Notes: a model not told the origin generated them from the letters alone. Positions 8,363 through 17,061 are shown, counted from the stretch's first letter. The stretch is 17,905 nt of DNA from Patescibacteria group bacterium (GCA_040384765.1 JAZKIQ010000004.1:1-17905), one strand, 5' to 3'. Translations and numbers: made by a program.

Positions 8363-9580
8363 CTATCTCACCTCTACCGACCAGAGTGCGCCATCAAGCT
8401 TGTTTATGAAATAGAGGTAGGAGCCTGTCGTGTCGATGGTGAGCTTTGTGATATCGAGAAGCTCACGAATACCTTCCCTCTCGGGAGCAAGCACGAGCTC
8501 GGGGTCGCCATCCTCTGAAAAGCGCCACAGCTCATCGTTTGTATGAAAAAGGCCTTTGTACCAAGCGTCGGGGAGCGCTGTTGTTGGGAGAGATGTTGGT
8601 ACAGCGCAAAAGAGTGCGTTGCTCTGGGTCCAGCGGCATTTTTCGGGAAAGGTGGTTATCGGATAGGGTCGCGAAGACTTACCCACGTCGAGCATAGCAG
8701 TTGAGAGTGAGTTTCCGGACGACTGGCTGTAGAGCAGCTCCTTTCCGCTTGGTGATAGTAGCCCCACGATGCCAGGGAGTTCGCCGAGAAGTTCTGTTTG
8801 TGCCCCCGTCTTCACATCGAGAGCGATAATCGCGCCCTCTACCCCAGACGATGCTTTTGTTCCAAGCAGGATCGTGCCCGGAGAGGTCCATGAGATGTTC
8901 CACTCGGTAAGCGGTGAAGAAAAAAGTGGGACACTTTTTTTAGAAACCATATCGAATATCTGACCTACTACGCCGCTCCCGCTTGGCAAGAGTACGAACG
9001 CTTTTTTGCCATCAGGAGAAAACGTAAAGTCGAGAGCTGCCCTTGGAAATGCGGTAGGAATAATCGTTATTTCTGTTGAGGTGGCAGCTGGGAGTGCATA
9101 TGCTGCAGTTCCCAGGAGCCCTGTTTCGGGGTCTTGTGCGCTTATCGCTACCAGTTTTCCGTCGCTTGACCATGATGCGCTCACGATCCCTCGAACGGTA
9201 GTGTTTGAAAGTTTTCGCACATCCCCTGTTTGGGGCGAGGCCTCAAAGATATGTCCGGTGGATCTCTCGATAAAGCGAACGGAGGGTTTGTCGCCGCTCT
9301 CCGCTACCGCGCTCGCTACGCCTGCCGTGAATAGCTTTCGCGCAGGGCTTGGCTCACCGTTTGAGAGAGACGTATCGCTCCCCGTGTTTCCGGTTCCAGC
9401 CGGAGCTCCCCTTGCCGGTACTCCGGAAACATCTTTGCCAAGGGAGACAGGAAATATTCCTGAGCCATCGTCTTGCGGTGCCTCATCGCCCGACCCACTT
9501 CGAAGAACAAAAAAGAGCGCGAGGATAGCAAGAATCGCTACGACAACTGTGCCAACTGCAATCTGTTGAGTGCGGGTCAT
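8363..9580 (-). CDS. Membrane-anchored beta-propeller protein (TolB/PD40-like repeats), paralog 2
   Basis: N-terminal TM helix, a G/S/P linker and repeated WSSDGK/FSPDGK/LSPSGK blades; EKCRW..LFCAVP..LPDAWYKG. Paralog of 10775-12001. Confidence 0.75.
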   Translation of the reverse strand: MTRTQQIAVGTVVVAILAILALFFVLRSGSGDEAPQDDGSGIFPVSLGKDVSGVPARGAPAGTGNTGSDTSLSNGEPSPARKLFTAGVASAVAESGDKPSVRFIERSTGHIFEASPQTGDVRKLSNTTVRGIVSASWSSDGKLVAISAQDPETGLLGTAAYALPAATSTEITIIPTAFPRAALDFTFSPDGKKAFVLLPSGSGVVGQIFDMVSKKSVPLFSSPLTEWNISWTSPGTILLGTKASSGVEGAIIALDVKTGAQTELLGELPGIVGLLSPSGKELLYSQSSGNSLSTAMLDVGKSSRPYPITTFPEKCRWTQSNALFCAVPTSLPTTALPDAWYKGLFHTNDELWRFSEDGDPELVLAPEREGIRELLDITKLTIDTTGSYLYFINKLDGALWSVEVR

Positions 9581-9583
9581 GAT

Positions 9584-10756
9584 CTAAGGATTCTTGAAAA
9601 TAACATGGAAATGGTCGTTGTCCGTGCCTATCCGTTCTCTTCGATATACATCTCCATTCGGTTGAATATATTCGATCGCTGGTCCACTTCCGATGGTTAC
9701 GTCTCGTACCGCCCCTCCCGGCAGAAGGGCAGCCTTGGTGATAAAGTCGACTGTTTTTTTATCGTGGAGGCTTATATCGACAATGTTGCGGCCAACCCTG
9801 TGGGTCTCATGACCCGGTTCGTTGCCACCGGTCACCTGTACGGTGCAGCCCCCACAGGTTGCCTTGAGCGTAATGAGTTTATCGAGGGCAGTTTTGCCCA
9901 TGCCACCCACATCGGTTTTTGGAGCGGTGCTGTTTACGGTGATATCGCCGTCTTTAAGGAGCGCGCGTACTGTCTTGTCGTCTCCAGCAGAGGCGCTTTT
10001 ATGTATTGTTGGGTCATATGCTGTTGCTTCGCCGGCTGTCCCGCTTCGGACTATTTTGCTCCCCCCTCCCGTCACTGCATCCTTTGCCTGTCGAATGGCG
10101 TCCTTAGCTCTCGCTTGTCCCGTCGCTCCTCCCCGCACCTCGATCTTGGGGATCGTGAACTTAAACGCCACGATATTGGGGTTGATGGTACGCAAGATGA
10201 GAAAGCTGCCGAGCGCGATTGCGGTACCGATCCCCGCATTGCGAATACGAGCACGTGCCTCATTCACCCCCTCGATCCGTCCCCCCACCCCACCCCAGAT
10301 GTACTGGAGTCCTGCCCACACAAGCGAAAAGAAAAGTACCACGCCACCAAAGGATATGAACAAAGTGAACAGTGTGCGCAGATAGTCACTCACCCCCTCT
10401 TCACTAATCCCTGCTTTGGTGAGATCAAGCCCGGGAACATTAATCGGTGCAAGAAAGCAGTATGTACCCTGCCCTGCGCCATCTGTGACGCTCGTCTTGC
10501 AGTTGTTCTTGATGACTGACCCTCCGGCAGTTGAGGGAGCAGCAGAGGCAGCTGCAGGAGATTCTCTGGTGGGGAGAGAGTACGAGGTGCCGGAGGTGGG
10601 GGCGTTTGGGGAGGGGGTGCTACCGCTGTCTTGGTCGAGGTCTGTGGGGCCGATGGCGGAGGTGGGTTGGAAGTTTGCAAAGGTAGGAGGTGCAACACAA
10701 AAGAGGCCGAGGAGGGCTGCGGCGACTACAAGCTTTGTGCGGAGGGCGTGATGCAT
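9584..10756 (-). CDS. Signal peptide + T4SS pilin-like (TrbC/VirB2-type) domain + C-terminal M15/LAS-like zinc peptidase domain
   Basis: A signal peptide and P/S/T linker, then two TM helices (YLRTLF...WAGLQYIWGG; RIRNAGIGTAIALGSFLILRTINP). The C-terminus has VTGGNEPGHETHRVGRNIVD and a terminal DHFHV (H..D..HxH zinc ligands). Confidence 0.65.
   Translation of the reverse strand: MHHALRTKLVVAAALLGLFCVAPPTFANFQPTSAIGPTDLDQDSGSTPSPNAPTSGTSYSLPTRESPAAASAAPSTAGGSVIKNNCKTSVTDGAGQGTYCFLAPINVPGLDLTKAGISEEGVSDYLRTLFTLFISFGGVVLFFSLVWAGLQYIWGGVGGRIEGVNEARARIRNAGIGTAIALGSFLILRTINPNIVAFKFTIPKIEVRGGATGQARAKDAIRQAKDAVTGGGSKIVRSGTAGEATAYDPTIHKSASAGDDKTVRALLKDGDITVNSTAPKTDVGGMGKTALDKLITLKATCGGCTVQVTGGNEPGHETHRVGRNIVDISLHDKKTVDFITKAALLPGGAVRDVTIGSGPAIEYIQPNGDVYRRERIGTDNDHFHVIFKNP
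10060..10619. repeat. 560-bp exact direct repeat, copy 1 (pilin core)
   Basis: Compared line by line with 12458-13017 (offset 2398); no mismatch seen. The sequences diverge at 10059/12457 and 10620/13018. Confidence 0.95.
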
Positions 10757-10774
10757 AAAAGGAGATCCCTTCCT

Positions 10775-12001
10775 CTACTCTTCTTGATCTATCTGTACTC
10801 GCCACAGAGTTTGATCTGCTTTGTTTATAAAATAGACAAAGCGGTCGTTCTCGTCTGGGGTTAGGTTGATTATATCGATAAATCCCCGTTTTCCATCGGT
10901 CCCGTCAAACAGCTTTTCAATAAATCCTGTGCGCGAAAAGCCCCAGAGCGCGTCAGCGGTGTGAAAAAGACCTTTGTACCAAGCGTCTGGAAGAGCTGTT
11001 GCTGGCCATACGAGAGGTGCTGCGCAGTAGAGTGTCGAGGTTTTGCCCCAGGTGCATTTTTCAAGAAGAGTGACCGGGTCAAACTCATATGAAGATCCAA
11101 GAGAGAGTGTCACCATTTTGGTGCGTAGGCCTGCGCTACTGTTTTCGGTGACAAGCAGCCGTTTCCCATCGGGAGAAAGAAGCGCTTGGATGCCCGCCGT
11201 ACCTTCGGCAAGCAAACGCTCTGTTCCTGTTTTTGGATCAATACTGAGGGCTACTCCCTCTATCCCCGAAGAGGCCTTTGTAGTAAGGAGGATCTGGCGG
11301 GGATCGGTCCAGGAGATTTGCCATTCTGAAAGTGGAGAGCTCCAGATCTCGCGTTCTTTTCGTGTTGAGAGAGTAACAACGAGCCCCTTCACGCCAGCTC
11401 CCGAGCCACGCAGGAAAAAGAGCTCTTTCCCGTCGGGAGAGAAGGCGAACTCAACCACTCCTCTCGGAAAAGCGATCGGCGTGAGCGATATTTCGGTCGA
11501 GCTTGCCGAAGGGAGCGCGTAGGCACTGTGGGTGTAGGCTCCGATGTTTGAATCTATCTGAAACACGACGGTCTTGCCGTCCGGGCTCCAGATGGCTTTG
11601 GCTATCTGTACGATCGTCGTATTTGAAATTTTTATCGCAGCATCGGCATTCGCGTGTCGGTCGAAAATATGCCCTGTATCTTTTTCTGCGTAGCGCACAA
11701 ACGGGTCGTCTCCCCCAAAAGCTACCATCCCTGCCACGCGACCGGAGGTCAGCTTTGCTCCATCGCTCGGGAGCGCGGCTCCCTCACCCACGTTTCCGTC
11801 GAGAGACAGCGCGGCACTGCTCCCCCTCCCTCCAGTTTGAGATACTGATGTGCCGTCCGAGGTGGGAAAGAGGCCTGAGGCATCGGACGCTCCGGCTCCC
11901 CCTTCGTTTGAGGAGTTGTTTCGGAAAATAAAAAAAGCGAACAGCCCCCCAAGAAGAAGGATAGCTATTCCTGCGCCGATGATTTTTTGCGTGCGTGTCA
12001 T
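10775..12001 (-). CDS. Membrane-anchored beta-propeller protein (TolB/PD40-like repeats), paralog 1
   Basis: The likely start is ATG 12001 (MTRTQKII, matching the paralog's MTRTQQIA, 4 nt after the upstream stop). TM helix; WSPDGK/FSPDGK/LSPDGK blades; EKCTW..LYCAAP..LPDAWYKG. Confidence 0.75.
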   Translation of the reverse strand: MTRTQKIIGAGIAILLLGGLFAFFIFRNNSSNEGGAGASDASGLFPTSDGTSVSQTGGRGSSAALSLDGNVGEGAALPSDGAKLTSGRVAGMVAFGGDDPFVRYAEKDTGHIFDRHANADAAIKISNTTIVQIAKAIWSPDGKTVVFQIDSNIGAYTHSAYALPSASSTEISLTPIAFPRGVVEFAFSPDGKELFFLRGSGAGVKGLVVTLSTRKEREIWSSPLSEWQISWTDPRQILLTTKASSGIEGVALSIDPKTGTERLLAEGTAGIQALLSPDGKRLLVTENSSAGLRTKMVTLSLGSSYEFDPVTLLEKCTWGKTSTLYCAAPLVWPATALPDAWYKGLFHTADALWGFSRTGFIEKLFDGTDGKRGFIDIINLTPDENDRFVYFINKADQTLWRVQIDQEE

Positions 12002-12005
12002 TTTA

Positions 12006-13145
12006 TTAGAGCGGTCTGCGAAGTGTCTCCCAGTACGCCGTACCCCCGATCCATTTTCCTTTCGCATCTTTGCCGGCAATGACCCCCTCTTTTTTGAGCT
12101 GTCTTGCCATAATCTCTACGCCTACTTCAATGTTTTTGTACGGATCTTTCAGATCCTCATTGGAGTAGTTGCGCGCGCGTGCTTCCTTGTCGACGTCGGT
12201 CAGCTGCAAGAGGCCGTAGTTGTTGAGATAGACATCGTTGGGGTTGAAATCTGACTCTCTCTTCGCGATTTTCCCGAGAAGCTCGACCCACCCTTCGTCT
12301 GTCACTTTTCCATCTGGGAAAAAGGCTGCCGCATCTGTGATCGGAATGTTTGAAAGCCCTGTGCGCTGCACCTGTGCGAGTGCATAGGCGTTCCAGCTGT
12401 CGTTGCGGAAGCCAGTTTTACTGGTGAGATTTGTGTTTTCGAGGCGTGGAGCTGTCGTCCCCCCTCCCGTCACTGCATCCTTTGCCTGTCGAATGGCGTC
12501 CTTAGCTCTCGCTTGTCCCGTCGCTCCTCCCCGCACCTCGATCTTGGGGATCGTGAACTTAAACGCCACGATATTGGGGTTGATGGTACGCAAGATGAGA
12601 AAGCTGCCGAGCGCGATTGCGGTACCGATCCCCGCATTGCGAATACGAGCACGTGCCTCATTCACCCCCTCGATCCGTCCCCCCACCCCACCCCAGATGT
12701 ACTGGAGTCCTGCCCACACAAGCGAAAAGAAAAGTACCACGCCACCAAAGGATATGAACAAAGTGAACAGTGTGCGCAGATAGTCACTCACCCCCTCTTC
12801 ACTAATCCCTGCTTTGGTGAGATCAAGCCCGGGAACATTAATCGGTGCAAGAAAGCAGTATGTACCCTGCCCTGCGCCATCTGTGACGCTCGTCTTGCAG
12901 TTGTTCTTGATGACTGACCCTCCGGCAGTTGAGGGAGCAGCAGAGGCAGCTGCAGGAGATTCTCTGGTGGGGAGAGAGTACGAGGTGCCGGAGGTGGGGG
13001 CGTTTGGGGAGGGGGTGAATTCGAGCTGAACGTCGCTGACCCCACTACTTGGAGTTGGAGCAATTGCCGCAGCTAGTGCAGAGTTACTCCCTAGAAAAAG
13101 AGTTAAAAGAAGGACTGCGAGTTGTGCAAAAAAGAGGCGTCTCAC
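12006..13145 (-). CDS. Signal peptide + T4SS pilin-like domain + C-terminal SLT-family lytic transglycosylase
   Basis: The GTG start overlaps the upstream TGA. Same pilin core as 9584-10756. The C-terminus has IAKRESDFNP (catalytic ES), YGLLQL and LKDPYKNIEVG. Confidence 0.75.
   Translation of the reverse strand: MRRLFFAQLAVLLLTLFLGSNSALAAAIAPTPSSGVSDVQLEFTPSPNAPTSGTSYSLPTRESPAAASAAPSTAGGSVIKNNCKTSVTDGAGQGTYCFLAPINVPGLDLTKAGISEEGVSDYLRTLFTLFISFGGVVLFFSLVWAGLQYIWGGVGGRIEGVNEARARIRNAGIGTAIALGSFLILRTINPNIVAFKFTIPKIEVRGGATGQARAKDAIRQAKDAVTGGGTTAPRLENTNLTSKTGFRNDSWNAYALAQVQRTGLSNIPITDAAAFFPDGKVTDEGWVELLGKIAKRESDFNPNDVYLNNYGLLQLTDVDKEARARNYSNEDLKDPYKNIEVGVEIMARQLKKEGVIAGKDAKGKWIGGTAYWETLRRPL
12458..13017. 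repeat. 560-bp exact direct repeat, copy 2 (pilin core)
   Basis: Identical to 10060-10619; the alternative-frame ORFs in the track are also duplicated. Confidence 0.95.
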
Positions 13146-14128
13146 TTTTCAAAGGTGATAAAGAAGCTGTTACGGGCGGACTGCAAGATCTTTCGGATGT
13201 TCTCAGCTGCAAAACCGATCTGGCTTGCTCCCGATCCCCCTTCTCCTGAACGGAGTGTTAGAACAAAGGGATCAGTTCCCGAGGGCACGATCTCACCGTT
13301 GATGCTCCAGGCTGATTTTAGTGTTGCGAGAGAGATATCTTCGAGCGAGACGAAATAGGGCGCTGCTCGCACCGTTGCCTCGCCTTCGAGAAGTGCGGCA
13401 CCTGCGTCGAGCGTGCTTTCAAGGATTGTGCCTGAAAGCGGACTCTCTTCGTAGAAATGTATCTCCGGCTCGACTTCGGGAAGCTCGACTGTTTTTTCTG
13501 TCGTTATGGTGCCGTCTGTGGTCGACACGAGTACGGAGACAACCGACCCCCCCTGGATCAGATCTTTTTTATAAAAAAGAACATTTTTACCAAAGCCCGA
13601 TGCTTGATTTTTTATCTTGTTGTCTACTTTCCAGGTGTATACCAGCTTTTCGGATGGGACCTCTTTCCCTCCACTAAAGAGGTGTGGCATAGCCACTATC
13701 TTCATCGTGGCTTCCGGTGAAGGAAGTGCCTTGCCTTTGTACCCAAGCGGTACAAATGTTTGTGCTTCCCACAGAAGGCTTACTGAGCCCGGGTTGATCG
13801 AAAGCGTTTTGGTGACGGCGCTGTTGCCCGAGCGTACGGTAATGCCGATCCGTGTTACAACCCCACGTTTACCTGTGCTAAAGAAAAGCTCTTTCTCCCC
13901 CATACCAGAAAGTACCTGTCGGCCATTTATCGTCCAGGTGATCGTCGAGCTATCAAGATCCACAGAAAAGTTTTGAAGTACGATGCGAGCAGGAACCTCG
14001 GGCCCTGGGTACTGCGGGAATACAAGAGCCGTAAGCTCGCTTCCTCCGAAGCCACCAATCTGCGCGCGGGTCGCAAGCGGCACAAGGAGGAAAATGAAGG
14101 CTAGTAATAAAAAAGTTTTGTATTTCAT
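13142..14128 (-). CDS. Secreted beta-rich protein with about three Ig/PKD-like domains
   Basis: Signal peptide (..ATRA|Q) and three repeats of a W-x-[IV]-[ND]-[GN] motif (ITWTING, YTWKVDN, SAWSING). ATGA/GTGA overlaps with both neighbours. Confidence 0.6.
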   Translation of the reverse strand: MKYKTFLLLAFIFLLVPLATRAQIGGFGGSELTALVFPQYPGPEVPARIVLQNFSVDLDSSTITWTINGRQVLSGMGEKELFFSTGKRGVVTRIGITVRSGNSAVTKTLSINPGSVSLLWEAQTFVPLGYKGKALPSPEATMKIVAMPHLFSGGKEVPSEKLVYTWKVDNKIKNQASGFGKNVLFYKKDLIQGGSVVSVLVSTTDGTITTEKTVELPEVEPEIHFYEESPLSGTILESTLDAGAALLEGEATVRAAPYFVSLEDISLATLKSAWSINGEIVPSGTDPFVLTLRSGEGGSGASQIGFAAENIRKILQSARNSFFITFEK

Positions 14129-14556
14129 GCTGCTTTGCGAGGGGTAAAGTCTGGTCGTCGTGACGCTCCGAGTCGCGCCCGGGTTACCACAGCAAGGTCA
14201 ATTTTTGTTTTCTCAGCTTGTTTCTTTTCATGCTGCTTTTTATCTTCTTTCCATGAGTTGCGTATCACTATGAAAGCATCGAGCGAAAAAAAGCTTCCCT
14301 GGTCTGTTCCCGGGAGAAGCTCCAGGATGATGGCGATGAACGTGATCACCAGATTTTTGCCGCCAAAGAGGTTTACTCCATAGATTTTAAGCCAAAACCA
14401 GAGCATAAAATAGCCCGAAAGGGTGATGAGCCAGTTGATCACCACTCCGATGAGCGCCCATTCGAGGATCACTTGTATCAGGTCGACGCATGCGGTGCCG
14501 ATGAGGGTGAGGAGTGCAATTGGTGTGCTTATGCGGTATTCGATCTGGTGGTTCAT
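14125..14556 (-). CDS. Small polytopic membrane protein of the T4SS-like operon
   Basis: Three to four hydrophobic segments and a basic C-tail; ATGA overlaps with the VirB4 gene and with the downstream gene. Confidence 0.65.
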   Translation of the reverse strand: MNHQIEYRISTPIALLTLIGTACVDLIQVILEWALIGVVINWLITLSGYFMLWFWLKIYGVNLFGGKNLVITFIAIILELLPGTDQGSFFSLDAFIVIRNSWKEDKKQHEKKQAEKTKIDLAVVTRARLGASRRPDFTPRKAA

Positions 14557-16385
14557 CGGGAGGTTGGCTTAACTTCTGGGTGTGTTTGTCCGTACTCCTC
14601 TTTTGCTTCGCGGATAGCAAGGAGTTGTGAAGGGTCGGAGGTGATGATCTGGTCTTCGGTGTATGAGGCGATCACTTTGATTGCCGCATGTTTGAGCCCT
14701 GCAAAAAAGATCCCCTCCCCCACGGCAGATTCAAGCAGAAGAAACTTCTCCTCTTCGGTGAGGTTGAACGTTTTTTGGATTGCATCGATCGATGCAGGAG
14801 ACTGCTTAAGCAACAGCTGCATCGAAGAGTTGGTGACAATTGGCAGACCATACGGAGATTTCATGAAGTCCTCGACGTCTTGAGTGATCGTCGCAAGACC
14901 AAGGAAATATTTACGTCCACGTTTTGCAAGCGAAAAGAGGAACGAAGCGGTGTCCTCGGACTTCATCATCCACCATGCCTCGTCGATCACGAGGAGTCGC
15001 TTGCGCAGATTGCGGCGCACAGCGCCCCAGATATAGTTCATTACGATATGCATCGCGACAGGCTTGAGTTCGTCTTCCATGTCGCGCACAGAAAAGACGA
15101 TGAATTTTTTGTTGATATCGATATTCGTGGGGCGGTTGATGAACCCTGCCCACGATCCTTGGGTATATTTGAGCATTCGAGTCGCAAGCGAGCCACCGCC
15201 CTCCATGCCTGCAAGTACGAGCTCGAGGTCTGAGAGGAGGGGCGGGTCAAGATGGGCTCCTGCTGCGATGGACTCTACGGTGATATCTTTGAGAGCGTAT
15301 GTTTCGGTGATAGCAGAGTCTACGATCGAATCCTCTTCGGGCGTAAGACCGCCGAGCATGATTCGAAAGAGGCCCACCAGAGTGATGATGTGCGAGCGGA
15401 GGACATCTGCAGGAGACTCATCTTCTCGTACCGGTGGAAGATCAAATGGGTTGATATGGTGCTCTGAGGTAAGCGAGATATTAAAATAGCGCCCCCCTAC
15501 TGCGTCGGCCATATATTCGTACTCTCGTTCTGGGTCGATCACAATCACTTCAGTATCAAACATCAGGGTGCGAAGGATCTCGAGCTTTGTTGCGTACGAC
15601 TTGCCAGAGCCTGCTTTTGCAAAGGTGACGGAGTTGTAGTTTTCAAGCGAGAACCGGTCGAACAGGATAAGGCTCGAGTTGTGGCGGTTGATGCCGTACA
15701 AAATACCTTTGTCGCTCGTGAGGTCGAACGAAATAAAAGGAAAGAGTGAAGAGAGTGGCGAAGAGTTGAGCTTTGAGTGGACCTCGATCTTATCTTCGCC
15801 CACAGGAAGCACGCTTTTCCACGCCTCTTCTTGCTGGAAAAGTGCTGGCTTTACGTAGATAAGTCGTGACTCGAGGATTGACTTGATCTCTGCCTCGGTT
15901 TTCTCGAGCTCTGCCTCGTTTTCTCCGTAGATCGTGATGTAAAGGCCTACATCAAAAAGCCGCTCTTGTGCCTGCTGGAGCTGATTGCGCAGCTGCTCCA
16001 CATCTTGGTATGCGGTGTCGAGCACCGGGTCGCGCACAAATCCTTTTTCGGAGCGTATAGAAATCTGGCTCTGGATCTCGGCCGCTTTTTTCTGGAGCTT
16101 TTTGAGCACTGACGCTGTGTCGACTGGGTGAACGAAGATGGCTACATCAAAAATCTTGTCGAGGTTGATGATCGGTGCAAACCAGTTTTCAGAAAGAAAG
16201 CGCGGGTATGAGATGACATAAAAAGTACGGGATACCTTTTCGCCAAGGTGGAGGTTTTTGGGTGTTATGTTGAGTGCCGACGGAGCGATGACGTCTTTGA
16301 GCTCAAGGACGCCTGCCGAATAGATATCCTCGGGGAGGATAGGTGCGATTTCCGGTTCATTTTTCTTGTTGCCGAAGATTGACAT
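14553..16385 (-). CDS. virB4: VirB4/TraC-like type IV secretion ATPase
   Basis: Walker A (AKAGSGKS), VIDPEREY, HINPFD, Walker B (LLVIDEAW), KRGRKY and ITQDVEDF. Confidence 0.88.
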   Translation of the reverse strand: MSIFGNKKNEPEIAPILPEDIYSAGVLELKDVIAPSALNITPKNLHLGEKVSRTFYVISYPRFLSENWFAPIINLDKIFDVAIFVHPVDTASVLKKLQKKAAEIQSQISIRSEKGFVRDPVLDTAYQDVEQLRNQLQQAQERLFDVGLYITIYGENEAELEKTEAEIKSILESRLIYVKPALFQQEEAWKSVLPVGEDKIEVHSKLNSSPLSSLFPFISFDLTSDKGILYGINRHNSSLILFDRFSLENYNSVTFAKAGSGKSYATKLEILRTLMFDTEVIVIDPEREYEYMADAVGGRYFNISLTSEHHINPFDLPPVREDESPADVLRSHIITLVGLFRIMLGGLTPEEDSIVDSAITETYALKDITVESIAAGAHLDPPLLSDLELVLAGMEGGGSLATRMLKYTQGSWAGFINRPTNIDINKKFIVFSVRDMEDELKPVAMHIVMNYIWGAVRRNLRKRLLVIDEAWWMMKSEDTASFLFSLAKRGRKYFLGLATITQDVEDFMKSPYGLPIVTNSSMQLLLKQSPASIDAIQKTFNLTEEEKFLLLESAVGEGIFFAGLKHAAIKVIASYTEDQIITSDPSQLLAIREAKEEYGQTHPEVKPTSR

Positions 16386-16386
16386 G

Positions 16387-17061
16387 CTATTTGGCTTGCG
16401 CGGTGACCGAGGTCATCCCCTCAACTACGGGCCGCTCGAGATCGCCGGGGTTGAATATTTTGTAAAACAGCTCCACGAGTTCTTCGGTGCCAAGGGGCAA
16501 CGCGCGCACTCCTGCGCGGACGAGGCCTTGGGCCACCACAGACGCGCGCTGCTCGAGCTGCGCGCGGTTTTCTTCGAACGCCTCTCTCTTTGCGCCCGTC
16601 TCGGCAGAGTTTTGTTTGCTCCCAAAGAGGGTGCCAAGAAAGCCAACGGCCTTTCCCTGCCCTACGGCAAACGGAGGCGTGTACGGAATAATGACAAAGA
16701 ATGTTTTTGTCATTATCGATACAGAGTCGGTGAAGCTTTTGATGAACTGCACATATTCACGAGTCTGAATCTTGATCAGGTCGTTTACCTGCACCTTCAT
16801 GCGTTCTTCAAGGAGTGAGATATAGGGGCGAATATCGAGACGGCGCGACTGGATATAGATCTGTACGGAAAAATCGAGAGAGTTGAGAAAGTTTTGATAC
16901 TGAGAGATGATCGCCGTTTGTTCGTCGGCCGATTTGAGCGCAAAGTTGAGCGATGAGCAGATAAGCGCCATCGCGAGTGTGCCATCTTTGAGGACCACTA
17001 CACCGTCGTGGATCTCATCAATAGGTAGGAACTCTTGTGCTGCTTTTGACGCTTTGGCCAT
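16387..17061 (-). CDS. VirB4-associated protein (resembles the TraC/VirB4 N-terminal region)
   Basis: LNFALKSADEQ..YQNFLNSLDFSVQI..; 1 nt from the VirB4 start; lies between prgI and virB4. Confidence 0.6.
   Translation of the reverse strand: MAKASKAAQEFLPIDEIHDGVVVLKDGTLAMALICSSLNFALKSADEQTAIISQYQNFLNSLDFSVQIYIQSRRLDIRPYISLLEERMKVQVNDLIKIQTREYVQFIKSFTDSVSIMTKTFFVIIPYTPPFAVGQGKAVGFLGTLFGSKQNSAETGAKREAFEENRAQLEQRASVVAQGLVRAGVRALPLGTEELVELFYKIFNPGDLERPVVEGMTSVTAQAK

Noticed and set aside
9473-10519. 348-aa plus-strand ORF, and other antisense or alternative-frame ORFs in the track
   Set aside because: These are shadows of well-supported genes on the other strand or frame, with no recognisable motifs.
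12002-12079. Longer start for the beta-propeller ORF (MPAKMRK...)
   Set aside because: It overlaps the upstream gene; alignment with the paralog supports MTRTQ at 12001.
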